64,000 nt of DNA from NCBI GenBank assembly GCA_951406725.2, contig OX597824.1, forward strand, positions 1,860,001 to 1,924,000, given 5' to 3'. The notes beneath the pieces are model-generated. The model ran no database searches. It was not told the DNA's origin and saw nothing but the letters and a program-made list of their open reading frames with translations. The translations under genes were made by a program, and so were the position numbers. This document shows, piece after piece, positions 14,935 through 29,560 of the stretch. This stretch comes from Octopus vulgaris. Its lineage: Eukaryota. Each line of letters opens with the position of its first letter. Positions within the stretch are counted from its first letter, which is position 1.

Positions 14935-15085
14935 GTGTCTTTTACTTGTTACAGTCAATGAATTGAGCTGATGCAGGGGCACCACCCTGAAGAATTTTAG
15001 TCTCACGAATCCCACCCCCAAGCACTTATTTGGGGAAGCCTGGTATTTATTATATCAAACTATTATGCCGAACCGCTATTCTTCG
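14935..15085 (-). mobile_element. 3' fragment of SINE family B
   Basis: cttttacttgtt..cagtca..gcacc..gccgaaccgcta is the reverse complement of the family B tail. Confidence 0.65.
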
Positions 15086-15150
15086 AATCGGTCGTGGGGG
15101 AAGATACACGCGCGTGCACAGACACACACGAGTATATATATATCTCTCTC

Positions 15151-15191
<41 letters not shown>

Positions 15192-15398
15192 ATCTATCTA
15201 TCTATCTGTCTTTCTATCTATCTACCTATCTACCTGTCTCTCTCTCACTCTCTCTCTATACATGTATACATATACATACATACATACATACATGCATATA
15301 TATATATACATAGGGAGAGTTTACGAAAAGAAACAAAAGACAGGTGGTGTACAAAACACACGGATGTATTAGTATAACACTCAGGAATAGAAAAAAGT

Positions 15399-15435
15399 CT
15401 TTTACGTTTCGAACCTACGCTCTCCTACAGAAAAG
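15399..15435 (-). ncRNA. second copy of A6U hammerhead-like motif (in repeat ~15310-15475)
   Basis: Minus strand: ctttt-CTGTAGG-a-gagc(gtag)gttc-GAAA-cg-TA-aaag. Confidence 0.45.
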
Positions 15436-16128
15436 GACACAGAGATAACAAGGGGAGAAACAAGGAGAGAAAAAGATACGACTTGCAAATCCACTCCATT
15501 CATGAAGCTTTAGTCGGCCATAGTAGAAGGCATTTTCTTAGAGTAGTGTGCATAGTTGTAGAAATTATCTCCCCAGTGGATCAGTGAAAAAGAGAACACA
15601 TACGATGAACTTTTGAGAAATCTGTGCTTACTCTATCCAGATTACAAGTTTAGGCTTTGGGGCCCTGTGATATGAAACACACTGCCTAAATACAAATCTT
15701 GATACATTAGGATTCTCAAAACCAGAAAGGAGAAAGTTAATTCGAAGTTTATCACGTAAATATATATGAGTTTGTCTAGATATACAACTATATGCATGAG
15801 AATACATGCATAAAACACAGAAATCTGCACCCACATACATACATTCATACATACAGAGTTTGACCACCTCCTGTACCGACACCTTAGAAAAATCATGGCA
15901 TCTGATGCAGGTTTTTAAACCAGACAATGTTCTGAAAAGACACCCACATATATTACATATCCGATCTGGATCACCAAGAGCTGTTGTTGATGCTGGAATT
16001 CCAATGAAGTTGCCTTGGATCTAGGTTAGAAACCGATTCTTCCTCTATTGGCAATAAATCTTGAAATAAACTGAATAATGACATACATACAAAATCAATA
16101 CAGAAACATATAGTTCAATCATATAAAG

Positions 16129-16161
<33 letters not shown>

Positions 16162-16483
16162 TATACGTATGTATGTATACACACATTTATTTATATACAT
16201 AATTAAGGTTAAAACATTAGAAATTAATGAAAACTATACCGGCAAAATCAATCTAAAAATATATAATTAAGGGCGCTGAAGAAACAACATCTACATGTTA
16301 GAAATAGATGTCAAATGATTCTAAGCCACTCTGAATTGGCACAACATTAACACAAGGCTGAATGCGAGGAAAACGGAGAAAAAAGATTTCGTAAGATAGT
16401 TATGGTTAACATTAAATTTTCGGATATTTGGTTTAGTAATAAATGCTCTACCTTCATTATAGAGTATACCGAACGTACATAAA

Positions 16484-16568
<85 letters not shown>

Positions 16569-16733
16569 ATACAAATACGCGTGTAAATGAACATATATAT
16601 ATACATATATTTACACGTATTTACGAAGCAAAATCCTATTATTCATCTCAACCACGTGCGTATTTAATCAATACAGATTTCTAGCATATTGGTGCTGTTC
16701 TTTCAGCGCCCCTTATTATAATTACATCTACAT

Positions 16734-16807
<74 letters not shown>

Positions 16808-17199
16808 TAAGTGTAAAATTAATTTCGACATCATATAAAATCTCTCGTGGGAGAGATCCGCTTGAGATAGTGTTGGTATTTTAGAGTCGGATCAGTAAGC
16901 GAGATCAATAAGCGAATAAGCAGAAGAATTTCAGAATTTCAAGGGCACTTACACTTCAAATTCATAATTTTTAAAACTGCCTTTTACACTTTCATATGAA
17001 TGATGGCGAAGCAGTATTGTTGCGAACGATTGAGTCGCTATGCATCAATACAGAATTTTGTCATCAAGAATGGAATGGTTGTGAAGTAGAATACTTCAAG
17101 GAAATAGATTTTCTACACTTTATGAATAGTATCAAATCCGAAGGGGTGAAAAGCCGAACTCTGGTTGTTCATACGGAATTTGTATGACTAAAAACATAT

Positions 17200-17640
17200 T
17201 GAGAGCTATCGAGGAACTGAAAATCAGATTCCTTAACGGCCCCATTCTCCTAATCGCAGCTTACGTCTTGGAAATGTGGAAATAAAACTCAGAAGAGAGA
17301 GAAACACTGGGCATTTATGAAATGAGGTGCATAATGTCTATGAAGGAGAATTACTATATGGCGAAGGTAGAAACACATTTCGTGAAGTATATTAATGTAA
17401 TGATTTTCTATTAACGAAATGATAATAAAAGAGAGTGAATAATCCAACAACATATTAGAAGACCACATAACTTAATCTGGGCCAAGATTTCACAAAATCC
17501 AGGCTACTTAAGACATTACATACGATCTATGAAGACGTAGGTGTAACGCTCACAAGAGAGTCAAGCAGTGAATAGGAGCAGAGCATCTGACTGAAGAGGG
17601 AAAATATTCGAAGAAAACTGACAACGGAAGATGCTCACAC
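17200..17640 (+). pseudogene. RTE-clade LINE C-terminal remnant
   Basis: PILLIAAYVLEMWK*NSEERETLGIYEMRC resembles the RTE YxxETW..L..FEMxC motif; 3' limit approximate. Confidence 0.5.
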
Positions 17641-17783
17641 TCGCTTGTTCACGTCAAAAATCAACACATGCATAAAATACGTATTACACACACACACAAC
17701 CCCCTCATACACATACACTGTAAATATGGTTATATGTATGTCTATATGTGTTGCTGTGTTTGTATAATATATAAATATATAAA

Positions 17784-18000
17784 GGCAGCGATCAGGCAGA
17801 AACGTTAGCACGCCAGACGAAAGGCTTAGCAGTATTTCGTCTGTCTTTAAGTTCTGAGTTCAAATTCCGCCGAGCTCGACTTTGCCATTCATCCTTTCGG
17901 CATCGATAAATTAAGTACCACTTGCGTACTGAGGTCGATCTAATCGACTGGCCTCCGCCCTAAAAGTTTCGGGTCTTGTGCCTAGAGTAGAAAAGAATAT
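17784..18000 (+). mobile_element. tRNA-derived SINE, family A
   Basis: Near-complete copy with B-box gagttcaaattcc. Confidence 0.92.
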
Positions 18001-18131
18001 ATAATGTATTAAATAATTTATACATTTTGTCTTTCATTCTCTGCATACATACATACATACATACATACATACCTACATACATACACACACACACACACAT
18101 ACACAAATATATATATGTATATATGTATATA

Positions 18132-19713
18132 CAGTTTTGTTCATAAGTATTCATAACGTTTAGAATAGATTTGACTTTTTAAAATATTCTTCTTATTAAT
18201 CGGTTTGCGATATCGTTTGTATAACATTAATAATTTATTAATATGCACAGTTACATTTAATTATTAATTTTTACCACGGATAACAATCGGAATTAACAAA
18301 ATTCAAATAATTAAAGGATGACGCATGTGCAGAATTATTCATAACACTTTGTTTAATAACATTTTCTTTAGAAATTAAATTAAATCGATAAATAACCTAT
18401 TAAAAGTAAAACATATAATATATATATAATCATTAATAATTGTTAGTAAAACCTTAATATTAGTGTAGACGTGATTTGTACATGGACCAATACTATCGAT
18501 ATTTCTTTGTTGTGTTTTTAATTACTATATAAAAAAAAATACCAAAATAAAAAGAGATCAACGCTGACTCAAGGAAACTATGTTGAAGCTCACATGTCGG
18601 GTGACGGTTACAGGAATTTTTCTAAACGAATTGCTGTCAAAATACCAACTATTCAATCAAGGATTCAGAAATATCGAATCTACAAAATTCAAAATCCAAG
18701 AAGGTGCAGAAGAAAACGAATGTTGTCAGACGAACTCGTGCAAAAGGTGGAGAGACAACTGCAGAAGAGATGAGGGTGCAGTTTGGGTAGCTGGGTGTAA
18801 ATGTTTCATCATCAATCCTAAAGGTAGCATTATAGACATTTGGATCCTGCGGGTGCCACGCAAGGACACAACTCACTTTCCTGTTCAGGGGTCACCACGG
18901 CTAAACCATGCGAAAAAACACGTTAAAGAAACCTTTTCAGTTTGGTTGAAAGTCTAGTACTCGACGAGACCCGAATCGAACGTTTTGGTTACAGTTTAGT
19001 AGAATTCTGGGTAGGTTTTTCAAGCCCCAAACACTATTACTACTGAGAAGCATGACAGTGAAGATTTAATATTTTGGGGGTGATTTCAGTCGCTGGCTCA
19101 GGAAGATTACTTGTCATTAAAGACCGGCTGAAAACAGAGGATGTCGTCAAAATATTAGAGGAAATTCTTCCAGTATCAGGAGGCGAGTTGGGGCTTCGCA
19201 AGAATTGGAGCGTTCAAAAAGATAATGGTGTGAAGCGTAAGTGGAAATTAGCGACTGGCTGACTCGGCGAAAATAATATCAAGGTTTTGCAATGGCAGTG
19301 TCAATTCTTTGGTGTCACTTCTAACTTCACATTCTGAAGAGATGGTCAAACAATGTGAACGTTCTAGAAACGATTACGTACAAAAAATGAGCAAAAACTG
19401 AAAAAAAAACAAATCCTGATTAATTTCGTAGTTATACAAAAACTTTAAATATTGTTATTCATAAAGGATTTGTAATAAGTTATTGAGCAAAATGTTATGA
19501 ATAATTTTGAACACGAATCTTCCCATAAATATTTGACTTTTGTAAATTTTGAATGTAAACCGTGGTAAAAATAAATTAATAATTTTATGATGTTATGTAT
19601 ATTATATGTTATGTAAATAATATATAAATGATGCTATAGACCGATAACTGATACGAGGAATATATCTAAAAAACATCTTATTCTAATCGTCATGGTTACT
19701 TTTGAACACCATT
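18132..19713 (+). mobile_element. decayed Tc1-family transposon with ~230-bp TIRs (IR/DR type)
   Basis: TA|cag start; TIRs ~18132-18360 and ~19480-19713 with internal repeat tattcataac; remnants HAKKH..W..DETRIERFG and EKH..IFWGVISVAGSGRL..ILEE..VQKDN. Confidence 0.88.
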
Positions 19714-20801
19714 ACCTCCCATAACCTGTATGTATATGTGTTTTTTTATGACTATACCAACTAGAATGTCTGTCTACTCCACTCACCCCTACCCATAACC
19801 GATACTGCCCCCTGTTCTCTCAGCCTTAGATATACAAGGGATAAACTAGTCTATAAATTAAAACTGACCCCGTAAAGACAAAAAAATCTGTGGCAGGCAG
19901 AGTCTTCTTGATAATTTTAGTAACTTCTATGCTGGAGTGAAGCCTGCATGTTCTTTGTCTATCTCCTTAACTTCTTGGAGAATTTAGGTAAAATTGTACT
20001 AATGTGTTCATCTGTTCTAATTAAATTAAATTCTATGTCTTTGTGCAGCTGAAGATTGTTCTACATTTTAAATTGATGTAATGATTGTATTGTTCAATTA
20101 AATGGAGTTGCATGAAACGATCGTACTGCATAACCTCTGGATATCCTTGTTGCTTATTTCGATTAAATATATATATATACTTTTTACTTTCATTCAGTAA
20201 TACTCTAGTTTCACAGCAAAATGATTACTGAAGAACATACATTTTCTCTCTCTCTTACTCACACACACATACACACACACACACACACATACACACACTC
20301 ACACGGACACACACTCTCTCTCATACACACACAGGTACACGAGTAAACACTTAAAATTATAATCCATCATCTCAGACAGACAAAACTGGCAGCTGTTTCT
20401 ATAAGGTAGTTTTCGTGTAAAGTGGTTTGAAAGTAATTGTTAAAAACTGTAAGGTAATGAACGCAAAACTTAAAAAAGAAAGAAATCGATATCAAAATAC
20501 AAAGAAAAACGTAAAGTCTGACTAAAAATATCTAACATACAACATAAAACAATATAACAATTATTTGTGAATAAGATTCATTCACAAATATACGTTTGAT
20601 TATTATTCAAATCAGGAACCGTTTTAACATATCTGTTGCCAAGACTTACTTATTGCTCTTCTCATCGGTGCGAATTAAAGATGTTTGAGCAACGATTCTT
20701 GAGTTCTGGCAAAATGCCGTTCACTTCGTCTGTTTCTGGTCTTTTCTGAGAAATTTCGAAACAAAGAAGATAATGCTGCGATTGTAACGTTTACCCGAAT
20801 A

Positions 20802-21015
20802 GGGAGACATGTAGCAAGGATCTTAAATGGGAGACATGTAGCAGGGATCTTAAATGGGAAACATGTAGCAAGGGTCTTAAATGGGAAACATGTAGCAATG
20901 GTCTTAAATGTGAGACAAGTAGCGAGGTCTTAAATGGGAGACATGTAGCAAGGGTCTTAAATGGGAGACATGTCGCAAGGATCTTAAATGTGAGACAAGT
21001 AGCAAGGATCTTAAA
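20802..21015. repeat. 27-bp minisatellite, 8 copies
   Basis: Unit gggagacatgtagcaaggatcttaaat; copy 5 is 26 bp. Confidence 0.95.
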
Positions 21016-21840
21016 ACATTTTCAAATAAGTTCCGTGTTTATTGTTGCACGTTACTTGTTTTGATGGTTTTGGTTACCCAAGTGGCAACACAAAGGGAAA
21101 ACATAGAAATTTAAACATTGCCTATTCAAGCATTGAGCAGGCAACTTCACATTCTATGATGTCTCTGTCTTATAAAATTATACTGACATACACCCATACA
21201 AATATCAATAGTCTTAAGAAAAATCCACTTCTTCTCTTCCTCCACCTATGACATTAATTTCTCTTTCTTTTTTCTTTCTTTCTGTCTTCCTGTCTATCTC
21301 TCTCTCCCTGTATACACAAACACACACACACACACACACATGCACAAACATATATCGAGCCGGTGGTTTTGAGAATATGAAGCGCATTCACTGGTTCTCC
21401 GTCACATTACATTATCATTAGTGAACTAGCAAACTGATTAACAAATTAATGGCTCATTTAATATCTCGAACAATCATTTTGTTTATCAGTACAGTGTTCT
21501 TTTATCACCATATTCAAGATCTGAAGACAAAGCATCGCTGATGCAAACTTGGTGCGTCGTGGGGTTTTCTCTAAACGAGCTGCGAATGGTGACGAACGGA
21601 CAGCGAGGAAACATGAAATTAATGGATTGCTAGATTAAACAATCAATCAGTTAGTGTGTTAGTTGATTTCTGAATTAATTAACTAATAGCAATAGATGGC
21701 AAATAATCATTGAGTATTTCTTATTGTCAAAATGACCCTATGAAAACACTGCAAGATATGTTCCAATATAAGTTTTCATATAAAGAAACAGGCAATAAAA
21801 CCGTATATATATATACATACATATATATATATATATTATA

Positions 21841-22477
21841 GGAAGTTAAAATTTATGCCCATTGAAGTTAAAAGTTTTGGCCACTGAAGTTAAAATTATG
21901 ACCGTTGATTTCGCACGTATAAAGGGCTTAGCAGTATAGGCGACTCGTCGAACTGAAATGGTTGAAGGCGTATAATATCTCTGCAAATAGAGAAAGAAAA
22001 ACGTAAAGGTCAGTCGGTTCTGTAAACAAAAACTAATTGTTCGTGCTACCCTTTACATCGGCTCCGACCAAGGTAATATCTGAAGGAGCTGCGGCGGGAT
22101 TATAATCGCATGTCTTAGAGGTGAAGAATCCTAAAATACTTGCTCGAACCCAGGAAAGAAGTATTTTGCCAATGCCCGCATCTAAAACGTTTCCCACTCC
22201 AGACTTGGTAGACGCCATTCGTTTAAATAATCCCATCACTGATCCTTCAAATATCAGCACGATCAAAGCCGATGTTAGGGGGATGACCCCGTCTCGTAGC
22301 GCAGGGAGTTAATATTGTTTACGAAACCAGCTGACAGTTAGATGTTTCTTCCTCTAGTTTCTAGAGAGGTTATGCACCTTCAGCCATTTGACACTCATTA
22401 CTTCCTCTCCAAGGCGTAGGGCTCTGTAAGTGCCAAACCAATGGTCTCTCCTTAACCGGCCATCACTTTTAACTTCC
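21841..22477. mobile_element. non-autonomous DNA transposon with long imperfect TIRs (Kolobok-like, tentative)
   Basis: Starts ggaagttaaaa and ends ttttaacttcc followed by TTAA; arms ~21841-22030 and ~22316-22477; related copy at ~36570-36908. Confidence 0.6.
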
Positions 22478-22718
22478 TTAAAACTTATCTATTAGAGCTC
22501 TAAATCTTTAGAGTGCGGTTCTTTTTCAGCCCCACATCGCATCATTCTCTCCCCCAAAATATATTTTTTCATCACGTTCTCGTTCCCAGTTTTATGAACT
22601 AGGACTAAATTTACATGCAGCTTAAGATGAGATACCCCTGCCCCATCCAGCAGTAACATTTCGATTAGTTGTATGCCATAAGCAGTCAACTCTACACGAT
22701 TGTATATATAGATGAGTG

Positions 22719-22783
<65 letters not shown>

Positions 22784-22812
22784 GTATTGTATATATATAT
22801 ATACATACATAC

Positions 22813-22859
<47 letters not shown>

Positions 22860-23134
22860 CATTTATATATATATATACATTTATATATATATAAACATAT
22901 ATATATATATATATAGGTATATATATACATATATATATATATAATCAAAATAAGCAACAAGTATATCCGAAGTAGAGTGGTACAATTGTTCCATGCTATT
23001 TCATTTTATTAAACATTGTAAGTATTAAATCAATTTTAAAATGTCGAGCAATCTTCAGCCACTTATAGACATTTTCCAATCAAACGGACAATGCACAATC
23101 TTATCTCTATTTCGTTTGTCAACATTATAAAGAG

Positions 23135-23174
<40 letters not shown>

Positions 23175-23825
23175 CATTTTGAGGTGTTGTATGTGTTTTA
23201 ATAAAGCAGTGAGTGTAAGATTGACAAACAGACACGTACACACATACATACATACATACACACACACATGCACACACACACATGCGCGCGCAGTCACACA
23301 TACTGACACAATTCACCTGGAATAAGTTTTATTTCAAAGCAATCTGTAATTTGAGACCGCATCCCTCTACTAATTTAACAAGGAATTATCACTTGTTCGA
23401 TTTAGTAAGCTATTTATACGATTTGATTATGTGGAAGGGCATAGAAACCAATATGTTTCAATTATATATATAATAAACATGGCAAGGTGTTCATATTAAT
23501 TGTATCTTCCATTACAGGGAATTCTGAACAGGGAATGATAAAAAAGAAAATATTGCCAAAACTTTTCTCTGATGCATTCTACTTTCTGCTACTCTGAATT
23601 CTTCAATTATGATGTTCATATCGATTTTTCGCGTTGCCGAAATGATGGGTGGCAAAAGGACGCACACCATTCAATGGTATGCGGAATATTATTACTTCTT
23701 CTTTATATATTTTAAAAGGCCCTGGAGGTAGAAAAAGCAATTATATTCGTGATTAAATATGAACTCGAAGTTAAAGACATTCAGCAAGATATGATATTCT
23801 AACGATACATACGTACATGCCGACG

Positions 23826-23843
23826 TATACATATATATATATG

Positions 23844-23928
<85 letters not shown>

Positions 23929-24416
23929 ATGTGTGTATATGTGTATATATGTATGTATATATGTATATATGTATATATAAGTGTATTTATGTGTATATAT
24001 GTGTATATATGTATATATATGTACATATGTATATATATGTACATATGTATATATACGTATATGTGTATATATATATATGTTTATGTGTACATATATATAT
24101 ATGTAAATGTGTATATATATGTATATATTTATGTATATGTATATATATATATGTATATGTATATATATATATGTATGTATATATATATGTATGTATATAT
24201 ATATGTATGTATATATATGTATATATGTATATATATGTATATATGTATATGTATGTATATATATATGTATATATATGTATATATGTGTATATATGTATAT
24301 ATGTATATATATATATGTATGTATGTATTTGTGTATTTGTGTGTATGTGCGTGTGTATGTGTGTGTATGCATATAATATATGTATATATGTATATATATG
24401 TATATATGTATATATT
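23826..24416. repeat. complex (TA)/(TG)/(TATG) microsatellite
   Basis: Directly visible; source of the 226- and 233-aa artefact ORFs. Confidence 0.96.
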
Positions 24417-25171
24417 ATGACCATTTTTGTGGTCATCATATCTAGATCCCTCCCAGATTTCTGGCTGAGAGGAAACCCTTCAAGCAGAGAAACCTTTCAG
24501 CTAGAGAGGGATGCTTAGTCGCTCGCAACCTCGCTGAAGGATGCTGTTGTGGTGCCATCAATGAAGTGACATTAGGCGGGCTTTCAGACGCCTACCTGCA
24601 AATTTGTGAATGTCCTCCCAGGTTGTGGGATTTGAAGAGATATCTGTACATTTTGATGACAATGCTATACGCTTTTACGACACTTATAAAAGATTCTGCT
24701 CCCCCACAATGTGGCATCCAGTGTCAAACGAAGGCATGAGGGCTGAATATTGAGGCTGCATGTTTTAATGTCACGGAATTTGACCTCTCCGTTGCAGCTG
24801 TTGTCAAATAGTACGACACACGTGATTAGAATGGCTGTTGACCTAGAAAATTTCTTCCACCCTTTGACAGGGACTGCTTTTTCGTGAAATTGGGTGTCCA
24901 TAGATTATGCTCTTTACTAAGCGTTTTGCTAAGTTTGCCGGATTATTCAACCACGGCCCGATTAGGGTTAGGCTTACACATACACAGACAGACAGACACA
25001 TACACACACAGACGTACACAGATACAGACAGACAGACACATACACACACGCATACACACATACATATATATATATATACAATTGCATGCATGTATATACA
25101 TATATGCGCATAGTTATATACATATATGCGCATAGTTATATACATATACATGTGCATAGATACGTACATAT

Positions 25172-25203
<32 letters not shown>

Positions 25204-25805
25204 CTTCGATGTGATAATAAGTAATTTTACAATCCGCGCATGCACGACTCACACACACACACACACATGCATGTAACCATAGGTTCGTATGTCAATTAAG
25301 TACTATTGTATTTTTCGTTGTTGAAATATTAATTTCTTTAATCAATAATCTTACTCTGCTCTCAAGTTGCCAAAATGAAATTTAGCGTGACTCTATTGGG
25401 TTATTAAACAGTTCTTCTGGCACCAAACAAACGCTGAGCGTGAGGTTGTTGCAACTGTGTTTCGTTGGTTTATTCATCAACAAACAATAACTGTGTCTAA
25501 TCTTATATGACTGTGCAACATCGTTCGTTTTCCTTTGTTCTTAACGTCTGAATATGTGTGAAAATTCGTTTTGAATTTTCTATAAATAATGTAAATGTGC
25601 TGTCTCTCCTTAACATTAAATCCTCTCTTGCTTTCTTTCTCTTCTCTATCTGTCTGTCTGTCTGACTATCTGCCTGTGTGTGTCACTCTTTCTCTATTTT
25701 TCCTTTCTCACACAAACTAACACACAAAGAGAAAGGCCCAAACGAACAGAGATGTGTATACTTATATGTGTGCATTCATATATATATACATATATATATA
25801 TATAA

Positions 25806-26340
25806 TTTACAGAATGAGATAAAAATCCGAGTCTGTGAAATATTTCTGAACATTTCTAAAGAGATGGTGTTACAGCTGTTTCCGGGATATTTTATATATC
25901 CCTTCATCGGAGACGGTGCGAGAAAATGGTTAAGCAATAGTTATTCTAGAGAAGATATGAAATAGAGTGTGAAGAGGAGGAATGGAAACACGTGAGATAC
26001 GTATCTGCAGTTCTATTATTTAAGCAGAATGGTATACATATAAGTTTCCTGTACCTTGTGTGTAAGTTCCAATAGTATTTAAAATTGGTGATTCCAAGAA
26101 TAGAGTTTGTACACGGTGCTATTGGATCGAGGGACTTTTGAAGTGACTTAAAAGCTGGGAATATGTTTGTAAGTTCAAATCAAAAACAGGAAGAGAAAAG
26201 AGAAAGGCGGGCAGAGAAATAATATATGACCTACCTTGGACTTCTCATTCGCATAATCACCCGACCAGGAGCTTAACTATAGTCTGTCCATAGTACTTAC
26301 TAAGCATTACCTGACACCTTTGGGTCTTCTTGACACCATT
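25806..26340 (-). mobile_element. HHR-bearing non-coding repeat (Penelope pLTR-like)
   Basis: Rearranged second copy at ~31200-31630; flanked by TA tracts. Confidence 0.7.
25867..25914 (-). ncRNA. type I hammerhead motif, U4C variant
   Basis: gtct-CCGATGA-a-gggatat(ataaa)atatccc-g-GAAA-cagctg-TA-acac; the other copy has agac, which restores stem I. Confidence 0.65.
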
Positions 26341-26645
26341 ACCCCTAATAACCTATATATATATATACAAAAGATTAGGGTTCTAGTGAACCAGGCACTG
26401 AAATGGCAAGTTTCCCCTGAGCCAAAATTAAAATGCTTACACAACAAAAGCAGACGAATACATACGCGGGTAACGAAGTACAGGCGGAAAGATATTCAAG
26501 TTTTGTATACGACTAATTGAACTCGAGGGAGAATATCACCAGTCCTTGGACTAATCAAGAAACATACTTTGTATTAAATATACGTTCCATAATTATTTAC
26601 ATTATTTATATTTCACGGATATTTGTCCTCATCTTGTTTGTCGTT

Positions 26646-26691
26646 GACACAATGCTTCGGCTGTTATACCCTCCAGCCTTCTTCAGGTGTC
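26646..26691 (-). ncRNA. minimal type I hammerhead motif (left arm, mutated)
   Basis: gacac-CTGAAGA-a-ggctg(gagggtataa)cagcc-GAAG-ca-TT-gtgtc; stems I and II perfect, GAAA changed to GAAG. Confidence 0.65.
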
Positions 26692-26738
26692 TTGGGGAAA
26701 TTTCGAAACTGGGTTCTCATTCCTAAGAAATTTTTCGA

Positions 26739-26846
<108 letters not shown>

Positions 26847-26852
26847 GCCTAC

Positions 26853-26927
26853 GGGCATAAGGAGTATTGGTTAAGAGCGCAGGCTTCTAACCCCAAGATT
26901 ATGAGTTCGATTCCAGGCAGTGACCTG
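26853..26927 (+). promoter_or_regulatory. tRNA-like Pol III internal promoter (SINE head)
   Basis: tggttaagagcg (A-box/D-arm-like) and gagttcgattcc (B-box). Confidence 0.7.
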
Positions 26928-26943
26928 AATAATAATAATAATG

Positions 26944-26988
<45 letters not shown>

Positions 26989-27012
26989 TCGAAGAATACC
27001 GTAGGAATGAGA

Positions 27013-27055
27013 ACCCTGATGAAAGCTGGAGGGTATATCAGCCGAAAAGTTGAGG
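27013..27055 (+). ncRNA. hammerhead core (right arm, stem I deleted)
   Basis: CTGATGA-a-agctg(gagggtatat)cagcc-GAAA-ag-TT; both stem I arms are missing relative to the left arm. Confidence 0.5.
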
Positions 27056-27529
27056 ACAAATATCCGTCAATTGTAATAATGTAAATAATTCCTCATCTCT
27101 TAGATATATAGCTGCACGTTCCATAATATATTTTAGATTATGTAAACAACTGTTTCCGAGAGAGATGAATAACAAGTAAATAAGAACAGACGGGTAATTT
27201 GTCAATTTACTATTTCCAACGAATGTTTAATTGATTAATGGAGACATTACTTCATTAAAGAAAAAAACGTTTTCATCAAATGAATATACGAAGCAGAACA
27301 TTTAGAAAGATTCCGTTATCAACAGCATCAGCATCCTCATGATTCTACGAACCTTACAGCCATCAAGGTGAATATGCCGTTGATTTCCGAATGTTTCTAA
27401 ATGTTGTGTTCCAAGCATTTACTTCATGAAAACGGATGCAATGTCTCTGTTAATCAATTACAATTTCCTTAGAAATAGCTGTAGTGAATTGACACATTAC
27501 CCATCTACTGTTTTATATATATATGTATG

Positions 27530-27569
<40 letters not shown>

Positions 27570-27580
27570 GTGTGTGTGTA

Positions 27581-27613
<33 letters not shown>

Positions 27614-27636
27614 GCATATAAATACATACATGCATG

Positions 27637-27738
<102 letters not shown>

Positions 27739-27779
27739 CATATGCAACGGGCTTCTTTGAGTTTCGTTCTACCAAATCC

Positions 27780-28345
27780 GATCAGATTACATGGGTAATA
27801 TGAACAGACAAGCACGCATACACACATACTTACGCAAACGAATCCTGAAACACACGCACTTCACTTCAAGCAAGGACACATATGGGGACACACATCTATA
27901 AATACAGAGAGAGCATATACTCATACACAGACACACTCAGACATGCACACACAAGGAAACATAGGTACACACACACAAACATACATACACACACATGCAA
28001 ACACACAAACATGAATATGCAGAATACATATATATATATATATAAATGCATATATACACATATATGCATAACACACATGCATATAAAAATACATACATAT
28101 GTATGCGCACAAACAAACAAAAGTAACGCAGCTCGGATAACGGACAGAGTCAATGACTATTGAAAAGGTTCTAAGACGGAATGAAAATTTTAGGGAAAAT
28201 AAAAAGGTAAAGGAGTGGAAACTTAATCAGTGAGTGTGTTAAATAATAAGGCACTGAAAACAACGACCCTCCCCAGACACAACAAAATATGCTTCAACAC
28301 ACAAACTCACATAAAGAATCTTACAAACTAAATCCCAAAACGAAG
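27780..28345 (+). mobile_element. HHR-bearing repeat, copy 1 (motif 28157-28193)
   Basis: Colinear with ~30370-31138, including a CA-rich spacer; cta-TTGAAAA-g-gttct(aagac)ggaat-GAAA-at-TT-tag. Confidence 0.7.
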
Positions 28346-28395
28346 TATATATAAGTATATATATATATATATAAGTATATATATATATATATAAA

Positions 28396-28752
<357 letters not shown>

Positions 28753-29409
28753 TCGTAAATATTTTCATTCCGATGTAAATATACACGTGACTGCCTTCCT
28801 GGGCGTGGGTGTACATGAGCTTATGTGTATAATATATCAGCAGATTCTGTTTGAACTTCTCTAGTATTTCAATATTGATATTGATAATATTTCCTGTGAG
28901 TTATTCATCACTGTTTATAACAATATATATAATATCATATGGAGACTTCAGTGAGCACATCAAGAGGTTTCCTCTCGTTATTAACTCACAGAAATATCAC
29001 ATGGTGAGTTACAGTATCGTTAACAACGTCGATAACGTCGCTCAGAGAGATTCACTCAGCGATAAAATAGGAAAATAACGCGATGAAATATTTCACTTTG
29101 TCTTGTCGTTGATATAATAAAAGGTAGCATCGTATTGTATTGAATATGGTGGAGAATAATTGAAACGGTGTTAGTGCGATATATTACATTAGAAGTATGG
29201 AGTATGAGAGAAATGATGAGTTGTATCTAGACGTCATAACACTGTCATTAAAGCAAAGATCTTAAGGTAATGTTATTGACAAGTTAGGGTTAAGGCGAGG
29301 AGTAAGATCTCGGCAGGTCGAACGTGCCAACGAATTGTATTAAAAGTTATGCAACTTTATGTTCTTGATCAAAGAATCAATATTTCAGTGTAAAATTTAT
29401 CTTCCTATA

Positions 29410-29560
29410 AAAATGTAAAGTGATGCACCAATGTGGAAAGAAAGAAAAAACTAATGGAACTTTTGTTTTTCGAGAGGTGAATAGATAATAAGCCAGTAAC
29501 GATTGTGTTTGTTAAACGTAGTTGGTGGCCCCCGAGAATAGAAAATCCGACAGAAAACAT
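29410..29560 (+). pseudogene. possible piggyBac transposase remnant
   Basis: KTNGTFVFR and R*IDNKPVTIV resemble the piggyBac RG..xxR and WxDNKxV motifs; very decayed. Confidence 0.35.

Noticed and set aside
16265-16720. CTGAAGA..aacat/atgtt..GAAA..GTC at ~16277-16312 and its inverted relative at ~16676-16720
   Set aside because: Stem I does not pair and the second copy lacks the core; noted only as a short inverted repeat.
20802-21015. Possible CRISPR array
   Set aside because: No unique spacers, eukaryotic context, no cas genes.
22033-22312. 77-aa and 63-aa ORFs as host exons
   Set aside because: Lie inside a TIR-bounded repeat; frame is not maintained in the second copy.
26853-26927. Functional tRNA gene (also heads at 59677 and 44993)
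   Set aside because: Cloverleaf incomplete and continuous with repeat bodies; these are SINE heads.
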